Position numbers and translations under genes: made by a program
Shown here: positions 8,011 through 18,065 of the stretch, one piece after another
Layout of the letters: every line of letters begins with the position of its first letter
Position numbering within the stretch: position 1 is the stretch's first letter
Origin: Nitrospinota bacterium
Lineage (GTDB): Bacteria; Nitrospinota; Nitrospinia; JACRGO01
Direction: 5' to 3'
NCBI GenBank assembly: GCA_016212295.1
Contig: JACRGO010000181.1
Coordinates: 232 to 64,231 of the forward strand
Length of the DNA: 64,000 bases
The notes under the pieces: generated by a model
Told to the model about the DNA's origin: nothing
The model's database searches: none
The model's input: only the letters and a program-made list of their open reading frames with translations

Positions 8011-9918
8011 ATGGCTATGAAAACCCTGAAGGGAAAATTTCTGGCGTTGTTTATTTTCTTCATTGCAGTGAATATTTTGGCGGGCGTTTTTGTTATAAAC
8101 ACCATTTCCAAGCAGAAGGCCGATGCGGTGGTCATCAATCTGGCCGGAAAACAACGCATGTTGTCCCAGAAGATGACCAAGGAGGCGTTCGCCATGAGCC
8201 AGGGCATAGAGAAGGAAGACGCCTTGAAAGGCACGATGGAACTATTTGAGAGGACCCTGGTAGGGCTTCTCAACGGAGACAGCGGGCTGGGGCTTCCTCC
8301 AACCAGGAATATCCAGGTAGTCGCCCAACTTAATAAGATAACGCCGCTCTGGAAGGACTTCAAGAAAAACCTTGATGCAATTAAAGGCTCGGCGAATGAG
8401 AGGAGCCAGGCCCTGGCGTTTATCTCCGGGCATGACGCGGAACTAATGGGGAAGATGAACGAGTCGGTTGAAATGATGGAAAAGGCCGGACTTCCTTCCC
8501 AGGTCATCAACCTTGCCGGGAGGCAGAGGATGCTGATACAAAAGCTGTCCAAGGAGTCGTCCCTGCTCTGCCAGGGAAATGTATCCGAGGAAACCCTTTT
8601 AAAGACCTCGGACCTTTTTGGCAAGACCTTGGATGGGCTTATCCAGGGCGACAAGGATTTGGGCCTGGCCGCCTTGGATGACAAGAATATCCTGGCCAAG
8701 CTGAAGGAAACAGAAAAACTCTGGAAGCAATTCCTGGAAAATATCCGGCTGGTCGTCAAGGGCTCCGGGGAGATCAACCAAGCCCTCTCATACGTCCAGG
8801 CCAATAATCTGGCCCTGCTCACGGACAGCAATCTCACAGTTGGAATGTTCGAGGATGAATCAAGGGGCAAGGTGGAGCGGCTGCAGGCCATCCAGTGGAT
8901 CGTGGTTCTCATAATGGTCCTTTCGGTCCTCATGGGCTGGGTCTTTATTGTCAGCCCTTTGGTCAAACTCCTTACCCAGACTGTGCAGGACATGACCGAA
9001 GGCGCCACCCAGGTGTCATCGGCGTCGGAACAGGTTTCCCAGTCCTCTCAAAGTCTCGCGGAGGGGGCCAATGACCAGGCGGCCTCGCTTGAGGAAACCT
9101 CCTCTTCCCTCGAGGAAATGGCGGCCATGACCAATAAGACCTCCGAAGGGGCGGCCTTCGCCAATTCCCTGGCCCAGGAATGCAGACAGGGGGCGGAGGA
9201 AGGGATGAAGGCCATGGAGCAGACCATTGCTTCCATGGGAAAAATAAACGATTCCACGGGCCAGATGGGAAAAATCATCAAGACCATTGAGGAAATCGCC
9301 TTCCAGACAAACCTGCTGGCCTTGAACGCCGCTGTTGAAGCGGCCCGCGCCGGCGAAGCGGGCAAGGGGTTCGCAGTGGTTGCTGAGGAGGTCAGGAACC
9401 TGGCCCAGAGAAGCGCCACCGCGGCCAAGGACACCTCCACTCTGATAGCGGAGAGTATTGCCAGGGCGGAAGAAGGGAAAAAAATCGCGGAAACCGCCGG
9501 CTCGTCCCTCACAAAGGTTTTGGAGGAAATCCAGAAGGTCGCGGAGCACTTAAAGCAAATCACCATGTCCGCGCGGGAGCAATCCGACGGCGTGACGCAA
9601 GTCAGCAAGGCCGTCACCGCAATGGACCGCGTGACCCAGCAAAACGCCGCCACTGCGGAGGAGTCCGCGGCAGCGAGCGAGGAGTTGTCCGCCCAGGCCG
9701 CCCATCTCAAGGAAGTGGTCAACAGGATTTTAAATTTGGTTACAGGCGAGGAAGGCTCGCTTGAAGCGGACCGGATTCCTTCCGTTGCGAGAAAACCGGT
9801 TTTGGCGAGAAAATTTCAGCGTCCCCTTCCCCAGGCGGCGCGAAAAAAGACCAACGGTTTCAAGGCCATCCCCCCGAAACGGGAAGTCCGTCCCGACGAA
9901 GTTATACCAATGGATTAG
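8011..9918 (+). CDS. Methyl-accepting chemotaxis protein with two PilJ/NarX-like periplasmic sensor repeats
   Basis: TM1, [14 protein letters not shown] and [14 protein letters not shown] repeats, TM2, [37 protein letters not shown] signalling tip. Confidence 0.95.
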   Translation: MAMKTLKGKFLALFIFFIAVNILAGVFVINTISKQKADAVVINLAGKQRMLSQKMTKEAFAMSQGIEKEDALKGTMELFERTLVGLLNGDSGLGLPPTRNIQVVAQLNKITPLWKDFKKNLDAIKGSANERSQALAFISGHDAELMGKMNESVEMMEKAGLPSQVINLAGRQRMLIQKLSKESSLLCQGNVSEETLLKTSDLFGKTLDGLIQGDKDLGLAALDDKNILAKLKETEKLWKQFLENIRLVVKGSGEINQALSYVQANNLALLTDSNLTVGMFEDESRGKVERLQAIQWIVVLIMVLSVLMGWVFIVSPLVKLLTQTVQDMTEGATQVSSASEQVSQSSQSLAEGANDQAASLEETSSSLEEMAAMTNKTSEGAAFANSLAQECRQGAEEGMKAMEQTIASMGKINDSTGQMGKIIKTIEEIAFQTNLLALNAAVEAARAGEAGKGFAVVAEEVRNLAQRSATAAKDTSTLIAESIARAEEGKKIAETAGSSLTKVLEEIQKVAEHLKQITMSAREQSDGVTQVSKAVTAMDRVTQQNAATAEESAAASEELSAQAAHLKEVVNRILNLVTGEEGSLEADRIPSVARKPVLARKFQRPLPQAARKKTNGFKAIPPKREVRPDEVIPMD

Positions 9919-9929
9919 CGAATTATCGG

Positions 9930-9982
9930 GGATTTCAGATTTGGGATTTCAGATTTGAGATTTAAATCCAAAATATCGAAAA
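9930..9982. repeat. ATTT(C/G)NN heptamer tandem repeat (family E)
   Basis: ATTTCAG ATTTGGG ATTTCAG ATTTGAG ATTTAAA, then AAATCC/AATATCGAAA counter-arm. Confidence 0.65.
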
Positions 9983-9986
9983 TAAA

Positions 9987-10922
9987 ATGTTCAAATCAAA
10001 CTTATTCTTCCTGAGGCGGCTCTTTCCCCTTTTATTTTTTCTTTTAATTCTGTCCTGCGGCAAGGGCAAGGAGGAAGAGATACTTGGGTCCAGTTCCAAC
10101 CCCATAAAAATCTACTTCACACCCTCTATTGACGCGGGCGCCATTGCCTCGAATTCCGCTGAATTCCTCAAATTCCTCGAAGAAGAAACCAAGTATTATT
10201 TTAAGTCAGGCATCCCGTCCAGCTACATAACAGTGGTGGAGGCCCTTGGGTCCAAGAGAGCCGACGTCGCGGTCATGAACTCCTTCGGCTACCTTCTGGC
10301 GCATCAAAAATACGGGGCCGAGGCCAGGATAACCGTCATCAGGAACGGGCATAAATTCTACAAGGGACAGATCATCGCCCACATTGACAGCGGGATCAAC
10401 AAAATCGAGGACATTCAGGGCAAAAGGTTCGCGTTTACCGACTCTTCGTCAACTTCCGGCTACCTGTTCCCAATGAAAATCCTAAAGGAACACGGCGTCG
10501 AGCCTGGAAACACGGTGTTCGGCATGAAGCATGACAACGTTGTGACCATGGTTTATCAAAGGCAGGTGGACGCAGGCGCCACCTTCCACTCCCCGCCTGA
10601 TGAAAATGGAAACATCAAGGACGCCAGGTCATTGGTCCTTACCCAATTCCCGGACGCGGCGGAAAAGATAAAGATCATAGCCGTCACGGAGGACATCATG
10701 AACGACCCGTTTGTTTTCCGTAAAGACCTGCCGGGCGAGATCACGGAAAAGGTCATAGCGGCCATTTTGAAATTCATGGACACCGAGGCCGGCAAAAAGG
10801 TTTTTAAAACCATCTATGGCGTGGACGGGGTCGTGAGGTCCAGCGACGCGGATTACGACGGCCTCCGCAAGATGGTGGAGATCAACAAAATTGATCCAGC
10901 GGAACTCCTGCGGAAAAAATGA
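9987..10922 (+). CDS. phnD: Phosphate/phosphite/phosphonate ABC transporter substrate-binding lipoprotein
   Basis: Lipobox LSC, FAFTDSSSTSGYLFP, HDNVVTMV; upstream of phnC/phnE homologues. Confidence 0.88.
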   Translation: MFKSNLFFLRRLFPLLFFLLILSCGKGKEEEILGSSSNPIKIYFTPSIDAGAIASNSAEFLKFLEEETKYYFKSGIPSSYITVVEALGSKRADVAVMNSFGYLLAHQKYGAEARITVIRNGHKFYKGQIIAHIDSGINKIEDIQGKRFAFTDSSSTSGYLFPMKILKEHGVEPGNTVFGMKHDNVVTMVYQRQVDAGATFHSPPDENGNIKDARSLVLTQFPDAAEKIKIIAVTEDIMNDPFVFRKDLPGEITEKVIAAILKFMDTEAGKKVFKTIYGVDGVVRSSDADYDGLRKMVEINKIDPAELLRKK

Positions 10923-10933
10923 AAAAAATATAG

Positions 10934-11008
10934 CACGCGGATGAGGCGGATTTGCACGGATAATAAAATTGTTTTTTAAAATCCGCGTAGATCCGTGTCA
11001 TCCGTGTT
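10934..11008. repeat. CACGGAT/ATCCGTG palindromic repeat (family D) between phnD and phnC
   Basis: CACGCGGATGAGGCGGATTTGCACGGAT...ATCCGCGTAGATCCGTGTCATCCGTGTT. Confidence 0.7.
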
Positions 11009-11026
11009 CCATTTTAATTTACCCTA

Positions 11027-11785
11027 ATGCTGAAAATAGAAAATCTGAACAAAATTTACCCCAATGGATGCCAGGCCCTGAAAAACGTGGCCTTCGATGT
11101 GAAGAAGGGTGAGTTTCTCGTTATCATAGGACTCAGCGGCTCCGGCAAATCAACCCTCCTGCGCTGCATCAACAAAATCCACGAGCCTACCTCCGGCAGA
11201 ATAATTTTCGGCGGCAAGGACATTACAACGCTTAAAGGAAAACACTTGAGGGAGGCGCGTTCGGAGATAGGCATGGTCTTCCAGCATTTCAACCTTATTC
11301 CCAGAAGGACCGTCCTGACCAACGTCATGGCCGGGAACCTTGCCAGGATGGGGATCATGCGTTCCCTCATGGGACTGTATTCCGAGGGGGAGAAGAATTC
11401 CACCAGGGAGAAAATAAAGATCGTGGGCCTTGATGGAAAAGAGGACGTCAGGGCCGACAACCTGAGCGGCGGCCAGCAGCAGAGGGTGGCCATAGCCAGG
11501 GCCTTGATGCAGAATCCGTCCCTCCTTCTGGCCGATGAGCCGGTCGCCAGCCTCGACCCGGCCACGTCCCATTCCGTGATGCGTTACCTGGAAAAGATCA
11601 ACAAGGAGATGGGCATAACCGTTATCTGCAATCTGCATTTCCTTTCCCTTGTGCGCCAGTACGCGAGCCGGGTGATAGCCCTCAAGGCCGGAGAAATGGT
11701 GTTCGAGGGAAGCCCAAGCCAGATCGACGAGCAATGGTTCAAGCGCATATACGGGGAAGACGCCATGGAAGTTACTATTCATTAG
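11027..11785 (+). CDS. phnC: Phosphonate-type ABC transporter ATP-binding protein
   Basis: [41 protein letters not shown]. Confidence 0.93.
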   Translation: MLKIENLNKIYPNGCQALKNVAFDVKKGEFLVIIGLSGSGKSTLLRCINKIHEPTSGRIIFGGKDITTLKGKHLREARSEIGMVFQHFNLIPRRTVLTNVMAGNLARMGIMRSLMGLYSEGEKNSTREKIKIVGLDGKEDVRADNLSGGQQQRVAIARALMQNPSLLLADEPVASLDPATSHSVMRYLEKINKEMGITVICNLHFLSLVRQYASRVIALKAGEMVFEGSPSQIDEQWFKRIYGEDAMEVTIH

Positions 11786-11799
11786 CAATTCATGTTGTT

Positions 11800-11937
11800 T
11801 TACGCAAAGCTCGCCAAGAACGCAAGGGAAATTTGAAATTTGAAATTTGAAATTTGAGATTTGAGATTTGAGATTTTAAATTTTAAATCCGAAATCCGAA
11901 ATAAAAAAGAATTCAGTTCCGGCTTGTCCGGGTTGGG
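11800..11937. repeat. CGCAAAG half-arm, ATTTGA(A/G) heptamer array and cap motif 1 variant
   Basis: (ATTTGAA)x3 (ATTTGAG)x3 from about 11831; AGTTCCGGCTTGTCCGGGTTGGG at 11915-11937. Confidence 0.7.
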
Positions 11938-11992
11938 GAATAAAGCAATCATCTTAAATCGTATCTCATGCTTGACATGGCAACCGGAAACT

Positions 11993-13018
11993 ATGAGAAA
12001 AAGGGATTATCTTAAGGCATTTCTGCTGGACCTCTTTTTATGGTCTTACTCCATCCTGGTGTGCCACAAGGTCATTTACGAAAAAATAATCCTTGAGGTC
12101 CGCTATCCCAAGTTTTCCTGGACCCAGCCTCTCTTGGCCCTGGCCGCCGGGACCGCCCTTGCGCTGCCGCTCTTTCTTCCCCGATCCTTTTCCCTTGGCA
12201 AGAGAATAATGGGGATTTATCCAGGCGATCAGGGCCGCCCCTTGTTGAGAGAGCCTTATGGCCTTTTCTCTGTCTTCTTTCTTATCATCACCTTTTGGGC
12301 GGGCCTTCATTTCAGCCAGGTATCAGTCAAGGAATTTTTTTCCGAGAGCGGAATGGAGGGGGCTCGGAAAATTTTCGCTTCCCTGTTCCAGCCCAATTTC
12401 TCAATCTTAGGCGAATCCCTGTTCGCGGCCATTGAAACCATTTACATGGCCTTCATAGCAACCGCCTTGGCGCTGCCCCCGGCCTTTTTCCTGAGTTTTT
12501 TTTCAGCCAGGAACCTCATGGCCCAAAACAAGGTCTTGTCCTGGACCTATCTTGTCCTCCGCTTTATTTTAAACGTCACCAGGGCCATTGAGCCCCTGAT
12601 CTGGGCCATTATTTTCTCGGTCTGGGTGGGAATCGGCCCCTTCGCGGGGATGCTTGCCCTTTGCCTCCACTCCGTTTCCTCCCTGGCGAAGCTTTATTCA
12701 GAACAAATAGAAAACATCGATGAAGGTCCGCTGGAGGCCATGACCGCCACCGGGGCGCATCCTGTCCAGGTGGTCTGGTTCGGCGTGGTCCCGCAAATTG
12801 TCCTTCCTTTTTTGTCCTACACGATCTATAGGTGGGACATCAACGTCCGCATGGCCACGGTTATAGGGCTTGTGGGCGGCGGGGGCATAGGAACGCTTCT
12901 CATGCAGTACCAGGGACTCGGCAAGTGGAACGAGGTGGGCCTTATTGTTATTATAATAGCCCTGATCGTCTGGGCCATGGACTATGCCAGCGCCAAGATC
13001 AGGGAGGCGATTAAGTGA
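11993..13018 (+). CDS. phnE: Phosphonate-type ABC transporter permease with N-terminal extension
   Basis: GIGPFAGMLAL, LAKLYSEQIENIDEGPLEA, YRWDINVRMATVIGLVGGGGIG; start MRKRDY (11993). Confidence 0.92.
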   Translation: MRKRDYLKAFLLDLFLWSYSILVCHKVIYEKIILEVRYPKFSWTQPLLALAAGTALALPLFLPRSFSLGKRIMGIYPGDQGRPLLREPYGLFSVFFLIITFWAGLHFSQVSVKEFFSESGMEGARKIFASLFQPNFSILGESLFAAIETIYMAFIATALALPPAFFLSFFSARNLMAQNKVLSWTYLVLRFILNVTRAIEPLIWAIIFSVWVGIGPFAGMLALCLHSVSSLAKLYSEQIENIDEGPLEAMTATGAHPVQVVWFGVVPQIVLPFLSYTIYRWDINVRMATVIGLVGGGGIGTLLMQYQGLGKWNEVGLIVIIIALIVWAMDYASAKIREAIK

Positions 13019-13268
13019 ACTTATCGCCCTTCGGGTGAAATTTAAAGAATTAACACTGAACATCGAACGTCGAACGTCGAAAAAGGAAGAAAGGATTTAA
13101 CAAACTTCGATGTTGGACGTTCGACGTTCAATGTTCGATGTTCAAGTTTTTCCCTCTTTGATATTTAGTATCTCAATGGCAGTGGGGGAGAACCCTATGA
13201 TCGGAAAAATTTTGTAATTTGAGCTTTGAATTTTATTTGTAATTTGCATTTTGATATTTGGTATTTTT
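13016..13268. repeat. Cap motif 2 on the phnE stop, TCGAACG/CGTTCGA heptamer palindrome, then ATTTG heptamer array
   Basis: TGAACTTATCGCCCTTCGGGTGAAATTTAAAGAATT (13016-13051); GAACATCGAACGTCGAACGTCGA...TTCGATGTTGGACGTTCGACGTTCAATGTTCGATGTTC; TTTGTAATTTGAGCTTTG... at 13211-13265. Confidence 0.7.
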
Positions 13269-13304
13269 TTAAAATTCAACTTTTAAACAAGCGAGGAAGT
13301 TTTA

Positions 13305-14294
13305 ATGAAAAGCACGCACGTGTCCCTTAACGCAGGAAAAGCCGGATTCCTTATAGCCTTTATGTCCCTTGTCCTGGCCATTGGGGCCTGCGCCCCGACC
13401 CGGCCAGCTCTTGCCCCGGAGGAAAAGTTCAACGCCGAGGCCCATTTCCCGGAGGAATTCCAGGCAGAGCGCGCCATTCCCAACTGCAACCAGAACGTGG
13501 TGTGGCATTCCTCAATGAAGGCGGAAACCCAGGACATGGCCGCTGAAATCCATGCCCTGTACGCCGGCCTGCTTCCAAATCTTGATGACAAGGCCAAGGA
13601 AGACCTTCTGAAAAAATCGCAAAAAAGCCTATCGAAAAGGCTGATCCGGAATTTATTGATTGAAGGGAAAAGCATCAACCTGGGGGCGTTCAGGATCAAG
13701 GGTTATTGCTGGACTGACGAAAACGGAAAAAAACAGCCGCTGGTCGCTTATAGATCGGCCATAACCCCCTGGCCCAAAAGGCCGGACAGCTGCTATCGCT
13801 CCCTGCTGAAAAACGGCCATATAAAAAATATCATCAACCTGTATGACGGCTCCATTCCCCTCAAGGACCATCAAACAATGGAGAAGGAAGTGGCCAAGGA
13901 AATGGGAGTTAATTACATTGATACAACCGACCCGCAAATAAACATTCCGCCTTTCCGCGAACTGGTGGAAAAGGAGGCGGACTTCAACAATCCGGAAAAC
14001 AGGCGGAAGGCGTCGGAGAGCGTGTCGCGCATCATCAACGAATTTGTCCTGAGCTCCAATGGAGAAGCCCCGAAAGGCAATGTCTATTACCACTGCGCCG
14101 GAGGCATGCACCGCACAGGGATTATCAGCGGCGTTATACAGAGGTGCGTGAACGGCATGGACATGGAGACAATCAAGAAAAGCTATGCCCGCCACGTCGC
14201 TTACGAGAACGAGGAAGTCAAGGGCGGCTTCGAGGAATTGAACCTTCGTTTCATTCAAGAGTTTGATTGCGGACTGATCAAGCAAAACCCATAG
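13305..14294 (+). CDS. Cys-dependent (PTP/dual-specificity superfamily) phosphatase, predicted lipoprotein
   Basis: CX5R loop HCAGGMHRTG, upstream IKNIINL and AYRSA motifs; N-terminal hydrophobic helix ending IGAC. Confidence 0.8.
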   Translation: MKSTHVSLNAGKAGFLIAFMSLVLAIGACAPTRPALAPEEKFNAEAHFPEEFQAERAIPNCNQNVVWHSSMKAETQDMAAEIHALYAGLLPNLDDKAKEDLLKKSQKSLSKRLIRNLLIEGKSINLGAFRIKGYCWTDENGKKQPLVAYRSAITPWPKRPDSCYRSLLKNGHIKNIINLYDGSIPLKDHQTMEKEVAKEMGVNYIDTTDPQINIPPFRELVEKEADFNNPENRRKASESVSRIINEFVLSSNGEAPKGNVYYHCAGGMHRTGIISGVIQRCVNGMDMETIKKSYARHVAYENEEVKGGFEELNLRFIQEFDCGLIKQNP

Positions 14295-14670
14295 CGCGGC
14301 ATGGACGCAGCCAAAAGGAAAACAACCCCACAAATGGCAAATCACAAAGAACATAGCTTCGCAAATTGATTAATGAAAAGGCTGGAACCACGAATTAACA
14401 CAAATTAACACTAATATTTCATGAAACATACTTTTTGGCCTTTAGAAGCAATTAGTGTTCATCCGTGTCCATTCGTGGTTCCTAAGCTTTTGTTTTGTGA
14501 AGAAAAACTTTGAAATTCCGATACAGTACAATCATCGAATGTCCAAAACAATTCCATTGCCTTTTCCTTGTTTGCTCTTTGTAATTTTGGTTATTGAGAT
14601 TTATTTGCTATTTGGCAATTGTGATTTGGAGCTTCACAAAACTTTGTGATCTTTGTGCGCTTTGTGGTAA
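14291..14670. repeat. Nested composite repeat: cap motif 1 (minus), family D palindrome (14384-14482), family E element (about 14515-14635), CACAAAG/CTTTGTG outer arms
   Basis: ATAGCGCGGCATGGACGCAGCCAAAAG overlaps the 14292-14294 stop; GGAACCACGAAT...ATTCGTGGTTCC; 14530-14635 is a close inverted copy of 33926-34030. Confidence 0.75.
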
Positions 14671-14715
14671 CAATAAGTTTCATGGATTTGCAGCACAGGA
14701 AAGTGAACCCATCCC

Positions 14716-17700
14716 ATGTGGGCCGAAACCATAGAAAAACTGCTTAACGTAAGGCGCGGTGAGTGGAAAAGCGCCCTACTGATGTTTTTCTATTGCATGA
14801 ACTCCATTTCCGCCCCCTTCGTTATAGGCAAAATAGTTTCCAGCACCCTCTTTCTTAAACGGGTCGAGCCTCAATACATCCCTTATACCTACATCGGGGT
14901 CGCGGTCTTCACGTCCCTGGCGCTGTGGTTTTACACCAGGATCAGCCATCTGTTCCGGTTGGACCGCCTGATCATCGGCAGCACTGGCATATTGATAGTT
15001 ATTACCCTCGCCTTCCGGCTGGCCATAGCCGAGACCGCCGACGCCAGCTCCCTTGTGGTCCTGATAGTGATGGGCGGCCTCTATGTTTTCATTCAAATAA
15101 TGGGTTCCCTTTGCATCATCCAGTTCTGGATATTCGCCAACCATCTGTTCAGCACCAGGGAGGCTAAGCGGCTTTTCGGATTAATCGGCACTGGAGGGGT
15201 CCTTGCCAACATGCTCGGCGGAATGGCTGTCCAATGGTTCGTGGAGGACGGCGGCGTTGAAAATATGCTCTATCTTGTGGCCGGGAACCTTTTCGCGTGC
15301 ATCCTATGCGTTTTTTTCCTGGCACGGCCGGGCCATATAAGTTTCATTGAAGAGACGGGCGAACCCAGGCATCCGGCCAAGGCCGAAAAGGAAACCAGCG
15401 CCTCCAAGGGCGTTTTCTCGGATATAGTGAAATCCGATCTCCTGCTTGGAATCGCGGGAATCGTCATTATCACAAAGCTGGTAACCAACATCACGGATTA
15501 TCAGTTTAAAATGGCCATCCGCGCCACTTATGATGAAACGCAATTGGCCTACTTTTTGGGCGGCTTTTACATGTGGATAGGCAGCATAGCCAGCGCGATG
15601 CAGCTTTTGTTCACCGGACGCCTTTTGCAGAGATTCGGCATTTTATTCGCCGTCATTCTGCTTCCCGCCTGCCTGCTGGCCGCCTCCTTGGGCATTCTTC
15701 TTACCCCCTACCTCTTCTGGCCGGTTATAATGCTCAAGGCGTCCGACAGCATGTTCCGTTACTCCATTTATGACTCCACCTTCCAACTGTTCTTTCTTCC
15801 AGTGTCGCCCAAGCTCCGGTCAAGGGCCAAGTCGGCCATTGAAGGCATACTAAAACCCTCCTTCACCGGGATTGCCGGCCTCATGATCATAGGAATGAAT
15901 TATTTCCTCGATCCAGCCCAGCTCTCGTATCCTGTCTCGATTTTTCTGGTGATCTGGATTTGGCTGATAGTCCGCAACCATAAATATTATATAAGTTCAC
16001 TTGCGGACACCCTGCACCGCAGGAAAAGCTTTTCCGGCGGGACCGTCGCCACTGAGGTTGTTGACGATACCCAGGCCAACGCCCTGGTCGCGGCCCTGAA
16101 GTCGCCGGATGAAAGGTTGGTTTTGGCCATAATGGAAGTTCTGGCGGAATCGCCTCGAATCAACTTTGACGAACACGCGGCCGAGCTATTTAGCCACCCA
16201 AGCCCAAGGGTCCGCGCCGCCGCCCTGGCGCGACTCGGCAAGAGAGGGGATTCCCGTTATGCCGCCAGGATCAGCGGATTTCTTTCCGACGCGGATGAAG
16301 CCTGCCGCGCCGAGGCCATAACCGCATATTGCGCCACGGCAAGGGAAAGCGCCATGCCATTGGTGAAGGAATTCCTGAAGGGCAGGTCGCCGCTTATCAA
16401 GAGGGTGGCGCTGGCAGGCATTTTTAAATTTTGCGGCCCTGGGGGGGCATCCTTGGCCCGGGAAGAATTACAGGACATGCTCTCCTCTCCCGACCCACTG
16501 GTCCGCGAGGCCGGGGCCGAGGTCCTGCAGGAAATCAAATCCGGCCTTTTCATCGAACAGCTACAAAAACTGATCAATGATCCTGTTATAGAGGTGCAGA
16601 CGGCCGCCATCCAGGCGGCGGGTGAGCTGAAAAAACAAATTTTCCTGCCAATCCTGCTCGACAAATTGCGGAATCCCAAAACTTCCCGCGTCGCGACGGA
16701 AGCCATCTGGAAATTCGGGGGAGAAATTTGCGGTGCCTTGTCCGTGATTCTATCCGGCCAAGACAAGGACAAAGCCCTTCGTCTCGCCATTCCCAAAATT
16801 CTTTCCCGCATAGGCACGCAGGATTCCCTGGACGTTCTTTTCACGAATTTACAAACCAATGACGAGGACGTTCGCCTTAATATCCTGAAGGCAGTGAACC
16901 GTCTCCTGAAAAACAGCCTGCCCTCCGTCCTCGCGTATCCGAAGGAGCAGTTGGGGCTTCTGCTGCGCAAGGAAATTGAAAATTATTATACGCCTTTGCT
17001 GATAATTAAAGACGTGGGATTGGAAGCCGGCAATACGCTTTTGTATTTTGCCCTTCATGAGCGCATGGAAGACACAATGGCAAGGATATTCAGGATCATG
17101 GGCATTATCCACGGAGAAACCATGGAGACCATTTACATGAATATCTTTTCCAACGCTCCCAAGGCCCGCGCCAACGCCATTGAACTGCTGGACAACATCA
17201 TGGGAAGCGGCCCTGAAAAAAAGGCCCTGTTCGCCCTGCTCGAGTCCGCTGATGTTGAGACGAAACTGGAGGCCGGCAAAACTTTCTTTAACCTGGAGAA
17301 CAGGAAACCCGCTGAGTGGCTTTCGGAGCTTATGGATGACAAGGACCACGAGTGGGTGAGGGCCTGCGCCGTTAAACTTGCAGGAGACCTGAAAATGGCG
17401 GAGTTGCTGCCTGAAATCATGGACGCCTGCGGATCGAGCCGAGGCATAATCCGGGAAGCCGCGGTGTTCGCCCTATGGAAAATCGCTGGGCTTGATAAAT
17501 TGAAAGAGCTGGCGCACAATAGAAAAACTTCCGAGTTGCAAAATGAAATCAATGAATTCATACGCCGTTCAGAGCACGGAAAAAGCGCCATGATTTCCAC
17601 CCTGGAAAAAGTCCTCTTCCTGAAAAGCATAGACCTTTTCTCGCAAATTCCCGGCCAGCATTTGACCCAGGTGGCCAAGGTGGCGAAGGAAGCCGCGTTT

Positions 17701-18018
17701 GAAAAGGATGAGACCCTTATGGAGCAAGGTGAAAAAGGAGACTATCTGTACATCATCGTGGAAGGAGAGGTCAAAATTCTTATCAACGGAAAAGAAGTTG
17801 CACGGCGCGGCAAGAAGGAATGCCTGGGTGAGATGAGCATCCTGGATTCAGAGCCCCGCACCGCCACCGTGGCCGCGGCCACGGATGTCGTCCTCCTTAA
17901 GATCGATGGAGAGGATTTCTCCGATCTACTGAGTGAATACGGCGAGCTTGCCAAGGGGATCATCAGGATACTAAAGAAAAGGCTGGTGGAGGCCGAGGCC
18001 AGGTCTTCAGCAAAATAG
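14716..18018 (+). CDS. NTT (Npt1/Npt2-like, MFS) transporter fused to HEAT repeats and a C-terminal cyclic-nucleotide-binding domain
   Basis: Multi-TM N-terminus with QFWIFANHLFSTREAKRLFG and ITDYQFK; HEAT-like repeats (SPRVRAAAL, DPLVREAGA); EKVLFLKSIDLFSQ...GEMSILDSEPRTATV. Confidence 0.88.
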   Translation: MWAETIEKLLNVRRGEWKSALLMFFYCMNSISAPFVIGKIVSSTLFLKRVEPQYIPYTYIGVAVFTSLALWFYTRISHLFRLDRLIIGSTGILIVITLAFRLAIAETADASSLVVLIVMGGLYVFIQIMGSLCIIQFWIFANHLFSTREAKRLFGLIGTGGVLANMLGGMAVQWFVEDGGVENMLYLVAGNLFACILCVFFLARPGHISFIEETGEPRHPAKAEKETSASKGVFSDIVKSDLLLGIAGIVIITKLVTNITDYQFKMAIRATYDETQLAYFLGGFYMWIGSIASAMQLLFTGRLLQRFGILFAVILLPACLLAASLGILLTPYLFWPVIMLKASDSMFRYSIYDSTFQLFFLPVSPKLRSRAKSAIEGILKPSFTGIAGLMIIGMNYFLDPAQLSYPVSIFLVIWIWLIVRNHKYYISSLADTLHRRKSFSGGTVATEVVDDTQANALVAALKSPDERLVLAIMEVLAESPRINFDEHAAELFSHPSPRVRAAALARLGKRGDSRYAARISGFLSDADEACRAEAITAYCATARESAMPLVKEFLKGRSPLIKRVALAGIFKFCGPGGASLAREELQDMLSSPDPLVREAGAEVLQEIKSGLFIEQLQKLINDPVIEVQTAAIQAAGELKKQIFLPILLDKLRNPKTSRVATEAIWKFGGEICGALSVILSGQDKDKALRLAIPKILSRIGTQDSLDVLFTNLQTNDEDVRLNILKAVNRLLKNSLPSVLAYPKEQLGLLLRKEIENYYTPLLIIKDVGLEAGNTLLYFALHERMEDTMARIFRIMGIIHGETMETIYMNIFSNAPKARANAIELLDNIMGSGPEKKALFALLESADVETKLEAGKTFFNLENRKPAEWLSELMDDKDHEWVRACAVKLAGDLKMAELLPEIMDACGSSRGIIREAAVFALWKIAGLDKLKELAHNRKTSELQNEINEFIRRSEHGKSAMISTLEKVLFLKSIDLFSQIPGQHLTQVAKVAKEAAFEKDETLMEQGEKGDYLYIIVEGEVKILINGKEVARRGKKECLGEMSILDSEPRTATVAAATDVVLLKIDGEDFSDLLSEYGELAKGIIRILKKRLVEAEARSSAK

Positions 18019-18065
18019 TAAACGCGTAAGAATCAAAACTTAAAATCCGAAATAAGAAACAGCAA

